A stretch of 24,000 nt of DNA from Kineosporia sp. NBRC 101731 (GTDB taxonomy: Bacteria; Actinomycetota; Actinomycetes; Actinomycetales; Kineosporiaceae): assembly GCF_030269305.1 (NCBI RefSeq), contig NZ_BSTC01000004.1:227963-251962 (forward strand), read 5' to 3'. The notes below the pieces were generated by a model. That model searched no databases and had not been told where the DNA came from. It saw nothing but the letters and a program-made list of their open reading frames with translations. The position numbers and the translations under genes were made by a program. This document shows positions 14,905-22,782 of the stretch, one piece after another (position 1 is the stretch's first letter; each line of letters opens with the position of its first letter).

Positions 14905-15372
14905 TCAGCCGAGCCAGGCCCAGTCGCTCGGCGAGGCCGAGTAGGTCACGTCGCCCCAGACCGCATCGACGTCGGTGTCGGGGGTCGGGGAGTCGATGTA
15001 GACGGTCTGGCGCAGACCGTTCTTTCTGTCGTCCCTGGTGATGCCGACATTCGAGTCCGGGCACAGGTCGCCCGGGATGTCGATGATCTCGGTGCAGACC
15101 CGCACCGTTCCGCTGGGGCCGGTGAACTCGGCGCTACGGGCGATCGACTGCAGATCCCCGTTGCCGTCGTAGATGCTCGCCACCGACCAGAACCGCTTGA
15201 GCTGATAGCCACCGGGCATCGTCGTCGGCAGGGGCAACGTCACGCCGGACGCCTCGGCGTACGCGTCCTCGACCTTCACCCGTGCTTCGTTCTCCTGGAC
15301 ATGACCACAGCCGGCCAGAGCCAGGAGCACCATCCCCACCACAGCCAGCTTCTTACCTACACGCACACGCAC
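14905..15372 (-). CDS. Lipoprotein of unknown function.
   Basis: The signal peptide and lipobox read VRVGKKLAVVGMVLLALAG|C. The GTG at 15372 is preceded by GGGGAGGG about 10 nt upstream. Alternative starts are GTG 15366 and ATG 15420. The track's 15543 start is unlikely. Confidence 0.7.
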   Translation of the reverse strand: MRVRVGKKLAVVGMVLLALAGCGHVQENEARVKVEDAYAEASGVTLPLPTTMPGGYQLKRFWSVASIYDGNGDLQSIARSAEFTGPSGTVRVCTEIIDIPGDLCPDSNVGITRDDRKNGLRQTVYIDSPTPDTDVDAVWGDVTYSASPSDWAWLG

Positions 15373-15902
15373 TTGCGACGGCCCTCCCCGAGCCTCGAAC
15401 GGCCAGCTCGATCCGGGCATTTGCTGGCCTACAGCGCGAACCTTCGCACAGATGGCCCCGGCTCGGTCAACTTCTGGGACCGCTTCGGCAAAAGTATGAC
15501 GCAGCGTGAAACACCGTGTTGGCATTGATGATTTGGACGGCATACCGAGAACACTCAGCGCGGTCGCCCGCCACCAGAGCGCTACCGGCGCACTACCGCG
15601 ACCGGCGGCGCGATCATCCCCCGGTCATAGGGGTTTTCAGCTAGCCGCCGGACAATCGCGATCTTTACCGGGCGGCCGACGGGAGAGCGCCACGCTCCGT
15701 CCACCGTGCGACGCGACCCTCCCCGTCTGCGCTACGCCAGATGGCTGACGTGACCCACCGACTGTGACCCCGAGTCACCTATCTGGCACTCAGCGGTGTT
15801 AGCTTTTGGGGGTCAGGCAATCCGTCGCCATCAGGCGGGCAGTAAGCCCCCGTCGAGACCACCGGCGGAAGACCAGCAGCCTTCGACCGGAAGGGAACAG
15901 CC

Positions 15903-16307
15903 GTGAAATTGGTCCCGTGGCCACGCAAGAACGACCGGACGTCCGCGGCACGATCCAGCCGCCTCCCTGTCGAGGCACCCATCCAGCGGCGTCGTTTCGT
16001 CCGCGAGATGGTGCGGGTGCCGGTGGTGGTACTCAACTCGAACGGCATCCGCCTGGCCTCCGGCGCCACCATCGAGGTCAGTGAGGGCGGGGTCCGCGCC
16101 CACCTGAACCAGCACCTGCACGAGAACACCCGGGTGCGTGTGGAGATGCACCTGGCCCGCGACCGGATCGTCGCCATCGGCGGCACGGTGCGCCGCGCCC
16201 CGGGCGACCGGCGCCCGATCGTGGTCGCGTTCGATCACCGGCACGCCCACCAGGACGATCTGCGGGCGCTCGTCTTCGCCGCCCAGCGGGCCAACGCCAA
16301 ACGCTGA
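15903..16307 (+). CDS. PilZ-domain protein (putative c-di-GMP receptor).
   Basis: RRRFVRE provides the RxxxR motif. About 30 aa later, IEVSEGG resembles (D/N)xSxxG, with Glu in place of D/N. The size (134 aa) suits a single PilZ domain. The GTG start is preceded by GGAAGGGAAC. Confidence 0.55.
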   Translation: MKLVPWPRKNDRTSAARSSRLPVEAPIQRRRFVREMVRVPVVVLNSNGIRLASGATIEVSEGGVRAHLNQHLHENTRVRVEMHLARDRIVAIGGTVRRAPGDRRPIVVAFDHRHAHQDDLRALVFAAQRANAKR

Positions 16308-16376
16308 AGCCTCGCCGCTGTTCTGCCGAGACACGCCGTGACGCAGGTTCAGCCGAAGCGACGTCAGGGGAACGAC

Positions 16377-17054
16377 ATGGCGGTCACCGCCCTGAAGATC
16401 GGCCGGTTCAGCATCTCGGTCGCCAAGGCCGAGACCTGGGTGAGGCAGTACACCGCCGAACGCACTCGTCCGGCCTACGCCTACCCGGCGTACGACGGCT
16501 ACCGGGCGTCCGGGCGCGCCGGTCCCCTGGAGGACGCCGACCTGCTGGCCCCGGTGCTGCTCAACGTCCGGCCCACCCTCGAGGCCTACTACTGGCTGCA
16601 GAGCCGGCTGCCGGTGCTCAACGAGGCACTGGACCGGATCCCGCCCGACGCCTCCATCACCGGCAACGACCTGGGTCTGCTCGAGCCGTTGTTCGCCGTG
16701 CTCGACGGCAACACCCGCTGGGGGGTGGGCATGCCCACCCTGGCCACGGTGCTGCACCGCAAGCGCCCGGGCTTCGTACCGCTGTGGGACGAGCGCGTAC
16801 GCGCCTGCTACTACGGGGCCGACGCCCCGGTCCCACCGGTCCCGGGCCGCGGCAAGGGACAGTTGGCCGTGGCTGTGGCCGCCGCCATGCGCGACGACCT
16901 CACGGCTGCGACCCCGGCCTGGGCGGCCCTGGCGACCATCGCCACCGAACCGGCGATCACGCCCCTGCGCGTCCTGGACATCGTCGCCTGGCAACTGGGC
17001 AAGGACGGCGAGTCGGTGCCGCGCCAGGCCGGCCCGGCCGACGCGACCGTGTGA
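16377..17054 (+). CDS. Hypothetical protein, DUF6308-like (assignment from memory).
   Basis: I chose the ATG at 16377, which has AGGGGA 6 nt upstream. The motif 'TLATVLHRKRPGFVPLWDERV' resembles the 'KLLARKRPxLIPIxD' block that I recall from DUF6308 proteins. Confidence 0.5.
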   Translation: MAVTALKIGRFSISVAKAETWVRQYTAERTRPAYAYPAYDGYRASGRAGPLEDADLLAPVLLNVRPTLEAYYWLQSRLPVLNEALDRIPPDASITGNDLGLLEPLFAVLDGNTRWGVGMPTLATVLHRKRPGFVPLWDERVRACYYGADAPVPPVPGRGKGQLAVAVAAAMRDDLTAATPAWAALATIATEPAITPLRVLDIVAWQLGKDGESVPRQAGPADATV

Positions 17055-17066
17055 TCCACTCGCCCA

Positions 17067-17098
17067 TTCGTGACCAGGGCCCCGGGCCCGATCACGAA
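17067..17098. terminator. Candidate stem-loop between the convergent DUF6308-like and yafY-like genes.
   Basis: TTCGTGA (17067-17073) pairs with TCACGAA (17092-17098). They enclose a GC-rich GGGCCCCGGGCCC inner palindrome. The right arm overlaps the yafY stop codon. Confidence 0.4.
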
Positions 17099-18159
17099 CC
17101 AGGCGGGGCGTGGCTCCCGTCGAGCAACCGCTGCGCGAGATCGGCCATCCGATCGCGCAACGACGCCGGCTCCTCGATCACGAACGGCAGGTCGAGCCCC
17201 GCGATCAGCGCCGGCACCCAGTCAAGTCGCTGCGCGTTGAGCCGCACGCGCACCCAGCCCGGGTCGTCGGCCAGCTCCTCCACCAGCGCCAGCCCGGGCG
17301 GCAGGCGACGGCCCACGTCGACCGGGCCGGCCTGCACCCGGACCGACACCGGATGGGCCCACGGGGTCCGGGCCAGGGACGTCAGCACCGTGGCCCCCGG
17401 ATCAGGATCCCGATCCCCACCGGCGCCAGAGCCGGAGCCCGGGTCAGTGGCCCGCTCGACGGCCCGTTCCGGGGCCGATGCGATGGCCTGCTCGACGGCC
17501 GATCCGGTGGCCGGTTGCGAGGTGCCCGGCACCTGCGTGACCCGCGAGATCCGGTCCAGCCGGAACGTCCGCTGCTGGTGCTCCTCGACCGTCGCCGTCA
17601 GGTACCAGCGACCCGCATGCCCGACCACATGGTGCGGCTGGATCGAACGGACGGACGCGCGTCCCTCACGGTCGGTGTAAGCAATGTCGACACCAAGGTT
17701 CTCGTGGGCGGCAACGGCCAGCGACAAGAGGACGCCGGTGTCCACCGGCGGTTTCCGGGCTGCCGGGGCAGTGAAAGCCGCCGTCGCGAGGAACGCCTCC
17801 ATCCGCGTACGGGAGGCGTCGGGCAGGACGCGGCGCAGCTTGGCCAGAGCGCTCTCGGAGGCGGTGGAGTCCGGCACCAGACCGGCCCGGCTACCGATGA
17901 CCAGGCCGGTCATCACCGCGATCGCCTCGTCGTCGGTCAGCATGAGCGGCGGCATCCGGAACCCCGGGGCCAGCCGGTAGCCGCCGTAACGCCCACGCTC
18001 GGACTGCACCGGGATACCCAGATCCATCAGGTGCGCGGCGTATCGCCGTACCGTGCGCTCGTCGACGTCCAGCCGCTGCGCCAGGTCCGCCACCCGGCGG
18101 GTGCCCCCGGCCTGGAGCATCTCGAGCAGCGCGAGCACGCGGGACGTCGGACGGGTCAT
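17092..18159 (-). CDS. YafY-family transcriptional regulator (HTH, WYL domain, C-terminal WCX-like domain).
   Basis: TSRVLALLEMLQAGGTRRVADLAQRLDVDERTVRRYAAHLMDLGIPV is a DeoR-like HTH. GRWYL is the WYL motif. The protein is 355 aa. Confidence 0.9.
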   Translation of the reverse strand: MTRPTSRVLALLEMLQAGGTRRVADLAQRLDVDERTVRRYAAHLMDLGIPVQSERGRYGGYRLAPGFRMPPLMLTDDEAIAVMTGLVIGSRAGLVPDSTASESALAKLRRVLPDASRTRMEAFLATAAFTAPAARKPPVDTGVLLSLAVAAHENLGVDIAYTDREGRASVRSIQPHHVVGHAGRWYLTATVEEHQQRTFRLDRISRVTQVPGTSQPATGSAVEQAIASAPERAVERATDPGSGSGAGGDRDPDPGATVLTSLARTPWAHPVSVRVQAGPVDVGRRLPPGLALVEELADDPGWVRVRLNAQRLDWVPALIAGLDLPFVIEEPASLRDRMADLAQRLLDGSHAPPGS

Positions 18160-18175
18160 CGGAAAAGAACATCAC

Positions 18176-18204
18176 GGATACCGGGCGGATCCTGCCCGGT
18201 ATCC
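18176..18204. promoter_or_regulatory. Perfect 11-bp inverted repeat in the yafY/VOC divergent intergenic region. It is a likely operator.
   Basis: GGATACCGGGC (18176-18186), spacer ggatcct, then GCCCGGTATCC (18194-18204). It is centred in the 61-bp gap between the two start codons. Confidence 0.55.
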
Positions 18205-18220
18205 CTCCTACGGTCGCGTC

Positions 18221-18637
18221 ATGACCGCAACCAGCTTCGCCTCGATCCGCATCATCACCGCCGACGTGCCCGCCCTCGTCGCCTTCTACGAGAAGATCGC
18301 CGCCACCACCGCCGACTGGGCCACCGACCTGTTCGCCGAGGTGCGCACCCCCGCCGCCCGGGTGGCCGTCGCCGGCACCGCGACCCTGGCCCCCTTCGGC
18401 ATCCGCCTCGACCCCGCCGCCAACCGCTCGGTCATCGTCGAGTTCCTGGTGACCGACGTGGACGCCGAGTACGACCGGCTCACGGGCGAGCTGGACGGGC
18501 TGAAGGTCGTGCAGGAACCCACCACCATGCCCTGGGGCAACCGCTCCCTGCTCGTGCGCGACCCGGACGGCAACCTGGTGAACCTCTTCACCCCGGTGAC
18601 CGCGGCCGCGCAGGAGCGGTTCGGGCAGCCCGGCTGA
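18221..18637 (+). CDS. Glyoxalase/bleomycin-resistance/VOC-family protein.
   Basis: I chose the internal ATG at 18221 (MTATSFASIRIITADVPALVAFYEKI...). The C-terminus '...PWGNRSLLVRDPDGNLVNLF' is a typical VOC ending. It is divergent from a YafY regulator, which is a common pairing. Confidence 0.85.
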   Translation: MTATSFASIRIITADVPALVAFYEKIAATTADWATDLFAEVRTPAARVAVAGTATLAPFGIRLDPAANRSVIVEFLVTDVDAEYDRLTGELDGLKVVQEPTTMPWGNRSLLVRDPDGNLVNLFTPVTAAAQERFGQPG

Positions 18638-18736
18638 GCGAACCTCGACATCGGCGCGACCGGCCGCGCAGCAGCTACGGATGCTCCACGCACCTACGCT
18701 CCCGTGCTCACGTCCGTCCATCTATGTCGGTGTCCA

Positions 18737-18849
18737 CCACGTCGGACAGCCACGTCGGACAGCCACGTCCGACAGCCACGTCCGACAGCCACGTCCGACA
18801 GCCACGTCCGACAGCCACGTCCGACAGCCACGTCCGACAGCCACGTCCG
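18737..18849. repeat. Non-coding tandem repeat: 13-bp unit CCACGTC(G/C)GACAG, 8 full copies plus a partial ninth.
   Basis: Units start at 18737, 18750, 18763, 18776, 18789, 18802, 18815 and 18828, with a partial unit at 18841. The first two copies carry G at position 8 and the rest carry C. A degenerate copy lies just upstream (~18724). Confidence 0.95.
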
Positions 18850-18856
18850 TAGCCCT

Positions 18857-18936
18857 ACTGATGCCACAACAACCTGATGCCACAACGGCCTGGCGCCACA
18901 ACAACCTGGCGCCACAACGGCCTGATGCCACAGCGA
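18857..18936. repeat. Non-coding tandem repeat: 16-bp unit CCTG(AT/GC)GCCACAAC(AA/GG), 5 copies.
   Basis: Units are at 18857, 18873, 18889, 18905 and 18921. The variable positions are combined in a patterned way (AT-AA, AT-GG, GC-AA, GC-GG, AT-..). Confidence 0.95.
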
Positions 18937-19035
18937 CCGGCCTGGGTGCCGTCTCCTCTGGAGCCCCACGGGAATCACCCACAAATCGCGGCACTCGGAG
19001 CGCGGAAGCTCCCATGAGGGAACACTTATCGATTG

Positions 19036-19077
19036 TGTACACATGGTACATCCGGTACCGGATGTACCGTTTGTACA
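19036..19077. promoter_or_regulatory. A 42-bp near-perfect palindrome abutting the antitoxin start codon. It is a likely toxin-antitoxin operator.
   Basis: The perfect 24-bp core GGTACATCCGGTACCGGATGTACC (19045-19068) is flanked symmetrically by TGTACA (19036-19041 and 19072-19077). The last A is the A of the ATG. Confidence 0.6.
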
Positions 19078-19379
19078 TGATTGATCTGCCCCGTCTGTCC
19101 ATCCGTGACGTCCGCGAGCGGCTGGCCGACGTGGTGGACGAGGCCTGCCACGACCGACCCACGGTGATCACCCGCCGGGGCAGGCCTGTGGCGGCCCTCG
19201 TCCCGATCGACATCCTGCGGCGCTACCTCGAACTCGAAGAACGCGAGATCAACCGCATCATCGATGAGCGGATCTGCGGGCACCCGCAGAGCGAGGGTGA
19301 GACCGAGGACAGTGGCGCCCCGGCCGGAGCAGTCCCACTGGAGACCGTACTGCGCGAAACAGCCTCTCGTGCAGAGTGA
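19077..19379 (+). CDS. Type II antitoxin, Phd/YefM family.
   Basis: MIDLPRLSIRDVRERLADVVDEACHDRPTVITRRGRPVAALVPID matches the Phd/YefM N-terminal pattern. I chose the internal ATG. There is no Shine-Dalgarno, so the mRNA may be leaderless. Confidence 0.8.
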   Translation: MIDLPRLSIRDVRERLADVVDEACHDRPTVITRRGRPVAALVPIDILRRYLELEEREINRIIDERICGHPQSEGETEDSGAPAGAVPLETVLRETASRAE

Positions 19380-19656
19380 TTACCAGGTAATGGTGATGCC
19401 ATCAGCCCGTGCGGAACTCGCCCGGGCTTCCCGGGCTGCGGCCCTGCGCATCCTGAGGAGACTGATCGAGCTCGAAACCGATCCCTACAGTTTCTTCTCG
19501 GCCGGACCGGTGCCCTTCACCTCCCGACCAGAACGCCGCATGCTGCAGGTGGGCGATCACCGGGTGGTCTACACGATCGAGCGGCAACACATCATCGTCC
19601 GGGCCGTACTGGCCGGCGGGGGCACGACGCTGCCGGTGACTTCACCGATGCGGTGA
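19369..19656 (+). CDS. Type II toxin, RelE/ParE family.
   Basis: ...DYQVMVMPSARAELARA...LQVGDHRVVYTIERQHIIVRAVL fits the RelE/ParE fold pattern. The GTG at 19369 overlaps the antitoxin 3' end by 11 nt. An alternative ATG lies at 19390. Confidence 0.7.
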   Translation: MQSDYQVMVMPSARAELARASRAAALRILRRLIELETDPYSFFSAGPVPFTSRPERRMLQVGDHRVVYTIERQHIIVRAVLAGGGTTLPVTSPMR

Positions 19657-19696
19657 CCACGTCGTCCTCCATGGGGGAAGGTGGCCCGGGAACGCC

Positions 19697-19738
19697 GGTG
19701 GGCCCGGCCGATCCCGCGAGGGATCAGCCGGGCCCACC
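19697..19738. terminator. Strong bidirectional stem-loop between the convergent relE-like gene and katG.
   Basis: The outer stem GGTGGGCCCGGC / GCCGGGCCCACC is a perfect 12 bp. The inner stem GATCCC / GGGATC closes a GCGA loop. Confidence 0.7.
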
Positions 19739-19762
19739 GATTGTTGCTGTGAGCCTGAAGGA

Positions 19763-21991
<2,229 letters not shown>

Positions 21992-22015
21992 GTGCATCCT
22001 TCCGGGGCTGGCCAA

Positions 22016-22450
22016 TTACTGAGATGTGCGTTCGGCCGTACAACGGGGGCACATGCCCCAGTAGACGACCTCCGCCTCGTCGACCACGAAGCCGTGGTCG
22101 TCCGCAGCGGTCAGGCAGGGGGCGTGGCCCACGGCGCACGCCACATCGGCGATCGCTCCACACGATCGGCACACGACGTGGTGATGGTTGTCGCCCACCC
22201 GGGTTTCGTACCGGGCATTGGCACCCATCGGCTGGATCCGCCGGATCAGCCGGGTTTCGGTGAGAACACGCAGAACGTCGTAGACGGCCTGATGACTCAC
22301 CGCCGGCAGCTCGGTCCGCACCAGGCTGATCACCGTGTCGGTGTCGACGTGCGGGTGCTCGTGCAGGGCCGTCAGTACGGCCACGCGAGGCCGGGTCACG
22401 CGCAACGAGACCGAGCGCAGCTGGGCCTCGAAGTCGGACGTCATAGGCAT
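22016..22450 (-). CDS. furA: Fur-family regulator FurA, a peroxide-responsive repressor co-transcribed with katG.
   Basis: LRVTRPRVAVL...HPHVDTDTV...VGDNHHHVVCRSCGAIADV...VYWGMCPRC is closely similar to mycobacterial/streptomycete FurA as I recall it. It lies immediately upstream of katG. An alternative start at 22444 is possible if the mRNA is leaderless. Confidence 0.93.
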   Translation of the reverse strand: MPMTSDFEAQLRSVSLRVTRPRVAVLTALHEHPHVDTDTVISLVRTELPAVSHQAVYDVLRVLTETRLIRRIQPMGANARYETRVGDNHHHVVCRSCGAIADVACAVGHAPCLTAADDHGFVVDEAEVVYWGMCPRCTAERTSQ

Positions 22451-22495
22451 GACCTTAGGGCACTTTTCTGGAGTAGTTCAAGTTTCTGGGCGGGC
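22451..22495 (-). promoter_or_regulatory. Putative furA promoter with an AT-rich FurA-box-like operator.
   Basis: The minus strand reads CCAGAAACTTGAACTACTCCAGAAAAGTGCCCTAAGGTC-ATG. TTGAAC is the -35 (22476-22481). After 18 nt comes TAAGGT as the -10 (22452-22457), ending 1 nt before the ATG. CCAGAAA occurs twice, 18 bp apart. This is a locally AT-rich island in GC-rich DNA. Confidence 0.5.
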
Positions 22496-22782
22496 CAATC
22501 CGTGTGCCCCCGGTCGCTCCCTGCCTACGCCCGGTGACCCCACCGCCTTATTCGTGATCATGCCGATTCCCAGCCTTGGGCCGGGAGATGTCCGATCGGG
22601 TGGATTCCTGCGGACGAACAGACAGAGATCCCTCCATCGGCACGTCAGGCACGTCGCCATACGTCAATCTGACTCTTCGCAGTGTGAGGGGCCTGGCCCG
22701 TGACGGCCCTTCGCCGGTGCCGGCCGCGGCACGACCCCATCGGCTTCCTCGCCGGCCCCGACACCGAAGGACGCGCCCCAGC

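Noticed and set aside
15780-15902. A known riboswitch (c-di-GMP, cobalamin or ydaO-type) upstream of the PilZ-like gene.
   Set aside because: I could not find the conserved cores of these classes, such as a B12 box or GEMM motifs. I saw only generic GC-rich stems. The region is kept as a low-priority item to scan with Rfam.
15831-16994. The 387-aa minus-strand ORF across the PilZ and DUF6308-like genes, and 15779..16186 -.
   Set aside because: The composition is Gly/Arg/Asp/His-rich shadow sequence with no motif. The plus-strand genes have Shine-Dalgarno sequences and family-like motifs.
17110-18852. The 580-aa plus-strand ORF spanning yafY (antisense), the VOC region and the 13-bp repeats.
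   Set aside because: It is a shadow of the YafY gene, and it reads through tandem repeats to give an artefactual SDSHVRQPRPTAT periodic peptide. A 13-bp unit inevitably yields a 13-aa repeat in every frame.
18737-18936. A CRISPR array.
   Set aside because: The repeats are directly abutting, with no unique spacers. The units are far shorter than CRISPR repeats, and no cas genes are present.
18681-19076. The upstream part of ORF 18681..19379, and minus-strand ORFs 18694..19044 and 18722..19213, as repeat-containing proteins.
   Set aside because: The repeat unit lengths (13 and 16 bp) are not multiples of 3. There is no Shine-Dalgarno and no coding bias. The Phd/YefM homology begins only at the ATG at 19077.
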